64,000 nt of DNA from contig OX597819.1 of NCBI GenBank assembly GCA_951406725.2, positions 105,524,001-105,588,000 on the forward strand. The letters are read 5' to 3'. A program made the position numbers and the translations under genes. The notes beneath the pieces are model-generated. The model was not told where the DNA came from. It saw only the letters and a program-made list of their open reading frames with translations, and searched no databases. Origin of the DNA: Octopus vulgaris. Lineage: Eukaryota. The first letter of the stretch is position 1. Every line of letters begins with the position of its first letter. Positions 51,391 through 64,000 of this stretch are shown here, one piece after another.

Positions 51391-52842
51391 ATTGAAAACC
51401 AAGAGCAGAATGGAGATTTATTCACATCAAAAACTTTTTTATTAAAACGTTTTCTGTATATAACAATGACCAACGTATGTCTCTCTATATATAACAATGA
51501 CCAACATATGTTTCTACTGCAGCAACTGCACATTGCTCTTTATGCGATTATGCATCCAAGTCACTGCAATTTCATCAAGGATCTATCAGTTATGACGTTT
51601 TCAAAGTGAACTAGTTCGAATGCGTTGGTATTCAGTTGAAGGTGATAGCATTTCTTTTTTAATCGGATTGAATTCTGGTCTTATGATCACCTCCACTGAT
51701 ATTACCGTTGAATCGTGGTTCTAAAATGTTCATTTCTATTACAGTTAATTGTAGCAAGCAAATTCAATGCCGTAATAAGAACCAGAGAAACAGACACACT
51801 TTTACAAAAAGTCATATATACCTCAATAGCATAGATACCTCTAGTTATATCGAATGGTATATAATTCCCTTCGGAAAACAAATAATTTTCAATATACTTG
51901 TTTTTTGGCATTGACTGAACATTTTCCAAAAGATAGTAAATACTGTAGAATATTTAATAAATATAGTATTAAATTAACTATTTCTAATAGCAAAAATTAT
52001 AGCAGTACACAACGCGAGTAAATTTGATAGTTTCCATATGAACAATAGCAATAATAGTAACAAGAATTATAATTATAGATCAATAAATAGCAGCAACATT
52101 AAAATGAGCGAACAAACCATAAGTACCACAACTAGGTATCAGGATAGGAACTATGGTTTGGCAACCAACAAAAGAGAAGAAACCCGAATGAACTCACCGT
52201 TAACCCGGAAGTAGATGTGAATTCTAAAAGGCACAGTACTCAGAATGTTGTCTATGTGCAAAAGGCTAATAGCTTAAAAGATAGACAGGAACATATAGAA
52301 ATTACATCCAGAGAACGTGAAGCGGATACTATTAATAGAAGTAGTAGAACTATTAAATGCGATTGTGGAAGGAACATCGTCTTTTCGCTTAACTCTAATT
52401 GTAGGCATAAAAATATCGTATACAAATGTAAAATTACCTCAGAGAATAGAGAGTATTTCTATATAGGAGCTAGCTCATTCATATTAAGCAAATAATTGCC
52501 AATCATTTAAGCTCGTTTAGAAATAGGAACAACATGAATACCACTAGCCTTAGTAAGATAATGGCACTAAAAGATAACAAAGTATTTTCTGTTGCATAGG
52601 AAATAATTAAAGCAAAACCTTATAGAATTAGCGATAATAGATGTGACGTTTGTTTGGAAGAAATGTACCAAATTTTCACTTCTAAATTTACTCTTATAGA
52701 CATTAGACAGGAGCAGCATAGGAGATGTCTACACTGGACTAAATATACATTTAAACGATTTAAATAAACATAACTTACCACTATAGTAATTATACTAGTT
52801 AAAAGAATTGTTGTGACATTTATGTAAATAATACTTGTAAAT

Positions 52843-52890
<48 letters not shown>

Positions 52891-52933
52891 GTGATGATGG
52901 TGGTGGTGGTGGTGGTGGTGGTGGTGGTGGTGG

Positions 52934-52992
<59 letters not shown>

Positions 52993-53417
52993 GAGGTTAT
53001 AAACCCCAAATAAGTGAAATGCCTCTGAATAAATAATGTACTTCACACAGTAAAATGTAAACAAAATTGCTACAAATAACTGTAATATAAATGGGCATTT
53101 TAGAACCAAGATTCAACGGTAATATCAGTAGAGGTGATTATATAAGGTCAGAATTCAATTCAATTTAAAAAGTAACGCTATCATCTTTAACTGAATACCA
53201 ACGCAGGAAGCTTGTTTGAATTAGTTCACTTAGAAAACGTCGTAACTGATAAACTCTTGATGAAATTGAGCGACTAGGAAGCATAATTGCATACAGAGCA
53301 ACGTGCAGTTGCTGCAGTAGAAAAAAATGTTGGTCATTGTTATATATGCCGAAGAAAATATTTTAATAAAAAAGTTTTGGATGTGAATAAATCTTCATTC
53401 TCCAATTGGTTTTCAAT
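51391..53417 (+). mobile_element. 5'-truncated Naiad-like PLE with inverted pseudo-LTRs
   Basis: Arms 51391-51757 and 53067-53417 are inverted. Internal EWY..PF, EHFPKDSKYCRIFNKYSIK, KCDC, NCRHKNIVYKCKI..YFYIGAS (GIY-YIG) and NRCDVCLEE...RRCLH..K, stop at 52767. Confidence 0.85.
52843..52991. repeat. (GAT)n(GGT)n(GAT)n trinucleotide repeat
   Basis: Direct reading. Lies in the PLE 3' region and produces the poly-His and poly-Ile ORFs. Confidence 0.95.
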
Positions 53418-53909
53418 ATATATATAACAATTTAATAAATAAAACATATGCATACATACATACATACATATATGTACATTCCTACATCTATATGTATATA
53501 TACATGCATATATGAGTACAGGACACCACAAATAAACGTAGAACACAACGAGAAACGAAAACATAAAATCAAACAAGGAAACGGACTTTTTTTAACAACG
53601 AAAAAAACAGAGTACAAGACAAACAATACAAGGGACATTCCTCTTCTTCAGCTGCCCCTGTTTCGACTCAATGCGTGTTTCGAAGGTAAGGGCAGAACAC
53701 GGCCAGCCCGAAGCAGTCCTTCCTGCAAAATGAATTAAATAAATTTTTTTGCGGAGGGGTAAAAAAGTGACAAGAATAGGACGTAAAAGCAATACAAATG
53801 AAGAAAAAAACAGTACAAATAAAGATAAAAATAGTAAAAGACAGGACAATATATATGTATATATATATGTATATATATGCATATGTACTTATGCATATAT
53901 ATATATATG

Positions 53910-53944
<35 letters not shown>

Positions 53945-54559
53945 GTATATATATATGTATATATATCCATATATATATATATATTCATATGTATGTACAT
54001 ATACATATACACATGCACGTACACTCACATACACACACATATACACACACACATACAAAAGTTGAAAGGATCAGGAAATTGAGCCTGCGTAACATCAAAA
54101 TATTTTTCCTGGAAAACAATTTTCGAAATGGCAAAACAACAATTCAGATGTTTGGTCAAGAATGTCAGCAGATTCTGTTGCAAATGTGAGAAGAAATATG
54201 AGAAAAAAACAAGCAATCAATTCACGGAAATGTAACTACCACGACTAAACCAAAGCAACTGACCTAGTAATCTAAGATACTAACAACATAACAAATACAT
54301 TACTAATAATACACAGATTTCAACAAAGTAAACAGACTCTAGGCTCATTTACAACGCGTTCCATACAAAACAAACATCATTTATAAATTAACGTGAACAG
54401 TGTAAAATAAACTAAGATTATAGAAATACAACAAAATGTTTTAGAAAAATCTAACAGAATGAATAAAAAAATGTAATGTTTAAGAAGTAAAAATGTTCTC
54501 CACTAAAGTGAAGCTCACTGGTAGCTCGGCAACACCAATTTTACTGTAAACAACCCAAG

Positions 54560-55560
54560 AACTACACACTCCAAAACCAAATACTTTTATCTCGAACGAT
54601 CAAGGCACAAATCGCTCCAAGTACTATCCACCCTAGTGTTACTAATCTTATCATAAAATACTTCGCGCTCCAACTGTGTATTCTCTCCCCAAGATGTACA
54701 AAACCAACTCCACTAATCACTCTATCATCTCCGCCTGTATTTGCTCCACTGAATATCTTATCAGCCATCTTGATAAACAGATGTTCTTCAATATGTCGTT
54801 GCCCTACCTTCCCATATTAAGAATATCTTTAACATTCTCAACTCTTTTCTTCCCTCCTGGATTCTTACAACTCCTATATATCATGCACGAGAGCTGCATT
54901 ACATAATACTATTTAACGATGGACTCTTACATAGTCCTTAGATATTTCTCTGCCTCTCATTTGAAACTAGCGGCCCTACTTTCATTTAGCAGAGCTCGTC
55001 CTTATGCATAAATGCTTTCCAATGTCCTTTGCCAATGAGTTATACAGAAATCCACCGATATCACAATAGGTACCAATATAGGTCTCAGTTACATCAGACT
55101 TTTCGTAGACTGTATTACGGATTATAAGACCCACAACAGAACTGCACGGTTGTTATCTCTATCACTGTACAGGTGGCAACGGATTCCCTGGAAATGGTTT
55201 CATTATGTTCATTCCTTACATCAATACTTCCCATACGAGTTTGGAATTTACTTTTAGCGTTTACGATATTTTATTCCATTCCTCGACATTCCTGTGCAAT
55301 TAAATAAACTATATATTTCAATTTCCAAGTAATATAAACCTACTAACACATTTTTATCATTACTTTTTTTCTTTTCACCCTAATCACTCTAACACTGCCA
55401 TGTTCTCTTTACAATTTCTTCGACCCTGTCAATCATGTAGCAACAGTTCGGATTTTCTTTCCAAATCCGAGGAATTGTGTAACTGCTACCTCGTGCGGTG
55501 TTAACCATCACCCAATAGTCACCTTCGCACTCTGTCAAATCCAGATCATTCGCATAACTT
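54560..55560 (+). mobile_element. Decayed Penelope/Poseidon-type RT
   Basis: YSLPKMYKTN...IISACICSTEYL (compare Y.LPKIHK...RPIIS.C.CPTE), GTNIGLSY..LFV (GT.MGP.YA.LF), PFLDI and KPT. Many frameshifts. Confidence 0.7.
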
Positions 55561-58258
55561 CAGCATTAGTAATAGGCAGGCGGTAGGCGAAGAAATTTTG
55601 TATTTCCTTACCAATCACCAATCTATTACTTGTTAGCTGTGCCACCAATACAATGCGGTTATGAATACGTATGTGTTAGCAGTCATATCAATATATATCT
55701 ATTCTTGATATGAAACTAGGCCCCATAGGGCCTTTTCGGTAGCAAAGAATGAAGATCAAACCAACTACTTTCGTTATTAATTCACAACTCACTAGAATTC
55801 CCTCACCTCATTTGTAACAAAGCTAAATATGTATTAATGTAACACCATTCATTTACCTATTCATAACCAGCACTGTATTGACATTCTAATACAACATAGT
55901 CTATAACCGCTTATTATAAGCCGCCAATTAACAGACTGAACAAAAACCTTACAAATAATTAGAGAAACGCAGACGAGATTACAAAACATATACGTTAGAA
56001 AAATCCGACAATTCTATATAAGACTTGTTGAAGCAGTAGTTAGAAAAGATACAATTAAACATCACTTATTGCAAGTTTTTAAAGTGAATAGAAGAATGGA
56101 ATGGATAAAACAAACATCAGTGATTTTAGCCGTATTATTTTTATCCGCATTTAATTGATTTTCTATTCTTTTACTAGCTTCAGTCTTTTAGGGTTGCAAC
56201 TATCCAAGAATGGTTTTATTCGATTATATCGATCCCAAAGCCTCGTCTGGTACTTATTATATCGATCGCGATTTATGAATAGCTAGGTCCATTAATGAAC
56301 TTAGTTATTGTTGTTAATGGGCGTAAGTACCGCAATGCATTTCATTGTTAGACTCATTGATATATCGGGCATCACTCACTGATGTATGCATACGCATTAT
56401 TAATGCATATATGATACATAAAATCTCACACACACAGTTATATATCTATAAAAGTATACAAAATTATAAAATTATTTATTCGAAGCTGGAAGTTCTGGGA
56501 TCGTTACTCTGAGTTTAATGCTACCGATCTTATGACGATTAGTGAAAATTGAATCAATGACCTATATATTTATGCACAAGATTTTGAGGAAGCTGGCGTA
56601 TTGTGACTGGCTGATACATGTATCTGATTATTTTCTAAATGTGATATCATCATAAATATGGCGTATATATAAGAAAAATTGCAATGTATTAACAATGCGA
56701 AATTAAATATGAAAAATATATATGAATATGGGGAAATATGAAAAATATTTCTTCAAAAAAAAAGATATTTGTGGCAATAGATATAGATATTAATATAAAA
56801 TAGCAATAATATTCTATTCTAGTGTTTATCGCACTTTTAGTGCTGGGTCTGCTATCATACATACTGCAATATATACAGTTTGCAATCATACATACTAATG
56901 CGATTCCGTGTTGCTTTAATCGATATGTCTCTCCATTTGACATTGGAGGTTTGTCTCCCTTCAGCTTGCCCGCAAAGTTTCCTTGCCTCTTCGCAAGGAG
57001 GTTTGCATTAAAAGTTGGAATTTGAAGTCAAAACGCAAAGCGCCAGAACGAATAACACAAAACATCTCGTCCAATGCTCTAACACTCTGTACTGGTACTC
57101 TATTTATTGATCCTGAAAAGATAAAAAAACTATGTCGACGTTATCAAGACTTGAACTCAAACCGCAGAGAGTCGGAACAGTTGCTTCAAGATTTTGTAGA
57201 AGGCTTTCCGCCGAAAGGAATATTAATATCAATGTTAGTTCAAAGTTGGCGGCGAGTTGGCCGAATCATTGGCACTCCGGGAAAAATGCTTAGCGACATT
57301 TCGTCTGTCTTTTTGTTGAGATCAAATTCCTTTCATTCTTTCGGCAGTCAGTAAAATAAGTACCAGTTGAGTACTGGAGTCGATTTAATCGACTTATCTC
57401 CTCCCCCGAAATTTCTGGCATTGTGCCAAAATTTGAAACGAATATTAGGTCAAAATGCTTTTTGTTACAAACACCACTGAATATTTAACCTGTAGATAAA
57501 ATAAAAATTTTTAATAAAAAAAACAATCAGAAAATGCGCAATAACACAGGCATTCGAAATTGTTACTTAAAATATTATAATAATGTTATAATATATTAAA
57601 TTTTTCAGTATAGGCGCAGGAGTGGCTGTGTGGTTAGTAGCTTGCTTACCAACCATATGGGTCTGGGTTCAGTCCCACTGCGTGGCTCCTTGGGCAAGTG
57701 TCTTCTACTATAGCCTCGGGCCGACCAAAGCCTTGTGAGTGGATTTGGTAGACGGAAACTGAAAGAAGCCCGTCGTATATATGTATGTGTATGTCTTTGT
57801 GTGTCTGTGTTTGTCCCCCCCAACATCGCTTGACAACCGATGGTGGTGTGTTTACGTCCCCGTAAATTAGCGGTTCGGCAATAGAGACCAATAGAGTAAG
57901 TACTAGGCTTCAAAAGAATAAGTCCTGGGGTCGATTTGCTCGACTAAAGACGGTGCTCCAACATGGCCGCAGTCAAATGACTGAAACAAATAAAAGTGTA
58001 AAATGTAAGTCAAAGATTATAATGAACATAACGGATTATCATCTTGGAGGCAGTATTATTCGTGTCCTATTAATTCCAAATCTATTTGAACTTCGTTTCA
58101 GTCATTGGACTTCGGCATTTCCAAAGCACTGCATTGTAGAATTAAACTGAACAAATCGACCCACTACCTATTTTTTTAAGTCTAGTACTTAGTCTATCCT
58201 CTTTTATTTTTTTTTTACCGAACCATTAACATATGAGGACGTAAACAAACCAATACCT

Positions 58259-58670
58259 GTTGTTAAACGATGGGAGAACTAAGGCAAGCACCAGCACAAA
58301 CACATATACGTATATACGATAGGCTTCCACACATTTTCCGCATACCAAATTCATCTACAAGACATTGGGACTCTACTAGAAGACTCTTTTCCGTGCTGCC
58401 ACTTAGTTAATCCATAGCTATGTCTGAGCCTATGTATATATATATATATATATATATAAATATAATCTTTTACTTGTTTCAATCATTAGACATAGCTATG
58501 GGTTAAGCAAACTAAGTGGCGGCACGGAAAAGAGTCTTCTAGTAGAGTTCCGAGTCGGTCAATGCTTTGTAGATGAATTTGGTATGCGGAAACAGTGTGG
58601 AAGCCTGTCGTATATACATATATATGTGTTTGTGTTGGTGTTTGCCTTAGTTCTTCCATCGTTTAACAAC
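58259..58670. repeat. Local inverted duplication of a degenerate SINE segment
   Basis: 58259-58425 and 58488-58670 are reverse complements that share features absent from other family A copies. Confidence 0.85.
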
Positions 58671-58831
58671 CGTGTGGCCGCAGTCTAATGACCGAAACAA
58701 GTACAAGATTTTATATATATATTTAATTATATCAAAGGGAAATGGAAATGAATTAAAATTTCCATTTCCAGTGGCCTAACGTGTAAAAATTTAGTCCAAA
58801 GACTATGTACTAGTCATAAAATACAGTGTAC

Positions 58832-58979
58832 ATTTAAACACATAAGGAATCCACTTGTGGGATTGAACATTTTTTCATTTCGTTTCTGTCGAATTTTATC
58901 CCTAATTTTGTGGTTATGGAACCTAGCTGTTCTTTCTAGCGTGTTGAATCCCACAAGTGGATTCCTCATGTGTTTAAAT
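58832..58979. repeat. ~38-bp inverted repeat with ~70-bp spacer (MITE-like)
   Basis: atttaaacacataaggaatccacttgtgggattgaaca / tgttgaatcccacaagtggattcctcatgtgtttaaat. Confidence 0.8.
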
Positions 58980-59142
58980 ATATATATATACTGGGGCACT
59001 GCCTTCAAGAGTTTTAGTCGAACAACTCGACCCAGTACTTTCGTTTTAAAGTCTGATGCTCATCCTGTCAATCTCTTTCTTGCCGAACTGCTAAGTTACG
59101 GGAACGTAAACAGATTAATACCGGGTGTTAAGCGGTCTAGAG

Positions 59143-59266
<124 letters not shown>

Positions 59267-60194
59267 ACACACACGCACACATAAACAAGACGGAATTCTT
59301 TCAGTTTCCGTCAGCCAAATCCACTCACAAAGCTCTGGCTGGTCCGGAGTTACTGCAGATGACACTTGTCTAAAGTACCACGCAGTGGGACTGAACCCAG
59401 AAACATGTGGTTGAGAAGCGAACTTTTTACCACGCAGTCTCTTTGACGCCTATGCACATATTTGAGTATATATTCACCATATTTTCCACGCGATTGTTAA
59501 ACAACCACTGTTTGAGTTATGTTTTTTCATATGTAATTCAATTAAAAATTTAAATATATATTAGAATTAAATATTTAGCAGCATATAATTAGGAGCATAC
59601 ATCAAAGACTCGTTATTTCAAATATTGGTATGAATGTGACACGCTTCCTATTTTAAACAATATTTCAGAAATAAATATTCCCATCGAAAAACTGATTCCA
59701 TCATAATTACTGCCAATCAGAAGAATCTTCTTCCTTGAAATATTGTGCATAAATGTAGAACCAATTATTTCCAGGTTTTTTCAATATTCGTTTGCATAAA
59801 GCTGAGGAGCTGATAAAATCGTTAGCACGCCGGGCAAAATGCTTAGCGGCATTTCTTCCGTCTTTACGTTGTGAGTTCAAATTCCGCCGAGGTTGGCTTT
59901 GTCTTTTATCCTTTCGGGGCCGATAAAATAAGTACCAGTTGGATACTGGGATCAACGTGATTGACTTACCCTATCTCTCGAAGTTTCTGGTACTGCGCCA
60001 AAATTTGAAACCAATATTTGCTTGCATAACGGAAATGTGAGACTCAGAGAAGTCAATTTGCAAAGATTCAGTTTCTAATATGTAATATACCAATCCCATT
60101 GTACTCCAATATTCAATATTTTCTTTACATCACTTGTATGCGCAAAAAATGACTCTCTTCCCTCTTTCTCTCACTCACACGCCCATATAAGTAT

Positions 60195-60241
<47 letters not shown>

Positions 60242-60364
60242 TAAAGTTTAGCAGTAGGACTTAAAATAAACCACATGAAAACAAAATACACCGAAAAGAG
60301 GTGGTAAGAGACGAAGTCGAAGACCTAAAGAAAAGAAGGAGTTGAGGCACACAGTGGATATACG

Positions 60365-60800
60365 TCAAAACATGAACATTGAAATTTCGTGGAGCACAAG
60401 GGCAGGATAAATGGTGTTTGCCTCGATACACGATATGCCCAAAGCAAAGTTGATCAAGATCCTACGTGCTAGTCTCTTCAGTGGCACTGTCCTACCACTT
60501 ATATGCAAAAGGAAACAACATTGATTGACTACACAAATGACCATGGAAAGATCCATGCTAGGAATATCTTTGCAAGAGCAAATCCGAAATGAAATAATTC
60601 AAGAACGGAATGAATGATATCATCGTAGAATATCGAAAGCAGAAGTTATTGCTGAGCCAGGTGCGTCGCAAAGTTCGCAAAGAACAACTGGACCCAAACA
60701 GTTGCCGAGTGGTATCCAAGAGAGTGGAAAAGACTACTCGGGAAACCTCCACGATGATGGGAAAACCATTTAGTTTGATGCGAAAACCATTAAGCGATTA
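60365..60800 (+). mobile_element. Possible highly decayed LINE C-terminal region
   Basis: Weak similarity only (KVDQDPTC, DIIV.Y.K). Confidence 0.3.
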
Positions 60801-60894
60801 GGAACAAAATAGAAGAGTGCAATCAAGAGATAACTGAAAGCGCATTGTGATTTACGGGGTACAACATCATTCTATAGCCTGGCTGAGACAGGTG

Positions 60895-60987
<93 letters not shown>

Positions 60988-61658
60988 CCAAAGGTTTCTG
61001 TTTTTCGAGTTTTCACTAATCTCTGGCAAACCCAAGGATATGTTCGAAGTCATTTACTCAATATGCCGGGCAATGGAATTGAACGTCGATTCACATAGCT
61101 TCGAGGTGAACCTTTTAACCAACGGACAAGTCGACTCCAACATGTTTGAAGATTTATAGGCGCTGTATTTTTATTGGAAAATTACCAACTAAGAAGGTGA
61201 CAATAAAATTTTGCTAATTCTGTAAAATTGAAACGTAATTATTAAATGAATATTAATTATTAATATTAAATATCAACTATCAATATTATATGTTAAACAT
61301 TAACTATTAATATAGAATATTAAATATTAATTATGTATTAGTTATAACAAACTTATATTTTTATTTATTTCTTCTGTCTGCTGTCTACTTGAATTAATTT
61401 TAACATATTTTATGTAGGAAGTAATAAAGGGGCGGCTAGACATAGTTATATTGTGAGAGATATTGAGAAAAACATAGATAGAAAGATAGACACACAGCAG
61501 TAACAATAAGATGCTTATTAGGAATAATTGTGGTAAATGAAACAATTAAATACAAAGAGAGAAAGAGATTCAGAGAGAAAGGTCGGTATACGCTTACATA
61601 TTTAAAGCCAGTGATATAATGTTTAGTTGAAATAATGCTGGTGGCACACACACACACG

Positions 61659-61766
<108 letters not shown>

Positions 61767-62170
61767 TTTTATAGTAAATAATGCCAAAACACCCAGGAGT
61801 ATAATCTTAGTTCATCTAAGCAAGCTATTTAATGATGGAGAGTGTACAACGTCTCAACATGTAGACTATGATTTCATATGCAAATTTAACAAACGGGAGG
61901 AATGAACCTCAAATATAAAACATAGAGGAAATATGGGATATTTACCGGAGGGCGTAGAACTGCCACCATTAAGCAGTTACAAACTGGGTTAATGAATAAC
62001 TTCTTCTGTTCGATAAAGTGTTGCTGTGTGGTAAGAAGTTTGCTTCCCAGCTACGTGGATCCAGGTTCAGTTCGACTGCGTGGCACTTTGGGTAACTGTC
62101 TTCTACTGTAGTCCCAGGCCGACCAAATCCTTGAGTGGATTTGATAAACAGAAACTGAAAGAAGCTCTCC

Positions 62171-62202
<32 letters not shown>

Positions 62203-62322
62203 GTATATCTGTGTGTTTTGTGTTTGTCTCTCATCACAGCTTGACAATGGGTGTTGATTTGTTTATGCCACGTAACTTAGCAGTTCGGCATACGATATCG
62301 ATACGAAAAATGCTCTCTCCCT

Positions 62323-62381
<59 letters not shown>

Positions 62382-62382
62382 C

Positions 62383-62437
<55 letters not shown>

Positions 62438-62448
62438 TATATACACAC

Positions 62449-62497
<49 letters not shown>

Positions 62498-63234
62498 GAT
62501 ATATATATATATATATACATCTGTATAATAATCTGCTTGTTTGTTCGCCCGTCATACTTTAGTTAGTTAGAGAGCTGTTATTGGAGTGAGTGAGAGGTGG
62601 AATTAAAGTGAGAGAGAGAGAGAGAGAGAGAGACAAGGAAGAGAAGCGTGAAGAAAGAAAAGAGGATGAAGTAGAGAAAAGTGATTAATATTAATACTCT
62701 TAGGCCAAATGTGTCATATGGTCAGCTGAAAGTACAGGCGATGAACAAGAGAAAAAGATGGCGAGAGAAAAAGAGGGAGAGAGAAGTGTTAATGACGTGC
62801 GGTGAGGTGGGTAAGGAACACTTATTACGTGGTTTAAAAGCGAGCAGAAGGAAAAGATGAAAAGAAAGAGATATGTTTAGAATACAGTATTTAGCAGAGA
62901 GTGATGTTCTGGTGGTGAGATCAGAGAAAGGTAGATAGAGAGAGATGGACAGGTGAGGCAGTTATAGCAACCATTGCTTGATACATGCGCATAAGTGCAA
63001 TTATTTATTGTCTGTTTGTTTTTAAAAAATTGGTATTTTTTTATATGGATTAATTTAGCTTAAACTATGGATTCACAAGAAACACGGTTGCAAGCTGCCC
63101 GGAAAGGAGACACAGATATAGAGCACGGATCAGACAGGAACAGCGAGAAGATATAATAAAAAGAGAAAAAAAATACGGCATCGACGAAGACGTGAAGTAA
63201 TGAATGTAAACGAACGTCAAGTATGTTTAAAGGA

Positions 63235-63375
63235 AGCTAAACTATGAAAGCTTCGGTGAAGAAGTTCTTCGCTTTGAGGTACAAGAACTGGTATCAGCAT
63301 AGGATCAAAGAACTGGTAGAAAGGTGGTTTCAGACGGTGCTACTCGATGGTTCTACTCTGAATGCTAGGCTGCTT
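63235..63375 (+). mobile_element. Mariner transposase C-terminal remnant
   Basis: VKKFFALRYKNWYQHRIKELVERWFQTV..DG resembles FF.SK...Y..GI..L..RW..V...G.Y. Confidence 0.65.
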
Positions 63376-63394
63376 TTATTGTATTTACGTATTT

Positions 63395-63698
63395 ATGCGC
63401 CCTTTTCAAGCCTAGCCAGGCTCATGGGCCCGGTTTCTCGGTTTCTATGGCGTAAGTGTTTCCCTCAGCTGGACGGGACGCCAGTCCATCGCAGCTTTAC
63501 TCAAGAAACAGGAAGAAAGAGTGAGGGAAAGTTGGCGCGAAAGAGTACAACATGGGTCGCCACAACCCCCTGCCGGAGGCTCGTGGAGCTTTAGGTGTTT
63601 TCGCTCAATAAACATGCACAACGCCCGGTCTGGAAATCGAAACCGCGATCCTATGACCGCGAGTCCACTGCCCTAACTGCTGGGCCATTGCGCTTCCA
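63395..63698 (-). mobile_element. SINE family C
   Basis: Head ggaagcgcaatggcccagcagttagggcagtggac. Tail shared with the 37352 copy. Confidence 0.8.
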
Positions 63699-64000
63699 CG
63701 CTTTTATTGTACCTTGACGGATAAAGCAGATAAGTTGCGAAAATACTGCACAATTTTTGATTCCACACGATATATTATATAGCTACAGAAACAATTACGT
63801 ACATCGATGCTCGCACATTCGTACACACACACATATTCGCACGTACCCACATACGCATGCACGCGCAAACACACGCACACACACACACACACACACACGC
63901 ACACAACACAAGCAGATATAGATACGCACGTGTACATATGCGCTTAAAATCCCATTCTGGCACACTCGTACACATGCACACACATAGGCAGACAAAACGC

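Noticed and set aside
52620-53109. Poly-His and poly-Ile/Thr ORFs
   Set aside because: They arise from a (GAT)/(GGT) repeat in a PLE 3' region.
53630-53700. Hammerhead in the unclassified repeat (gaaac...ctgaaga on the minus strand)
   Set aside because: The core pieces are present, but I could not assemble three stems and a UH cleavage site.

Overview
Eukaryotic, AT-rich, microsatellite-dense DNA. The SINE families look like those of Octopus (inferred from the repeats, not proven). I can support one protein-coding gene: a complete 9-exon geranylgeranyltransferase type-I beta subunit (PGGT1B) on the minus strand. Its CDS runs 24301..7639 (1110 nt, 369 aa), all introns are GT-AG, and a probable 3'UTR extends to about 5.9 kb. 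The rest is repeats: tRNA-derived SINE families, decayed Penelope-like elements (PLEs), Tx1/L1, CR1/Jockey-group and restriction-like-endonuclease LINE remnants, Tc1/mariner and Merlin transposase remnants, several MITEs, and mini/microsatellites. Almost all ORFs in the supplied track are artefacts of these repeats. The most interesting signals are in the repeats: (1) minimal hammerhead-ribozyme motifs, including a recurring CUGUUGA core variant in a (TA)n-targeting non-coding element; (2) two PLEs with long inverted pseudo-LTRs; (3) a UGA at a conserved Cys of a Naiad-like PLE; (4) a head-to-tail SINE multimer; (5) a nested-palindrome hot spot; (6) CpG-decayed SINE copies inside the gene. I did not find a demonstrably new multi-gene system. 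All translations and alignments were done by eye, and repeat boundaries are approximate.
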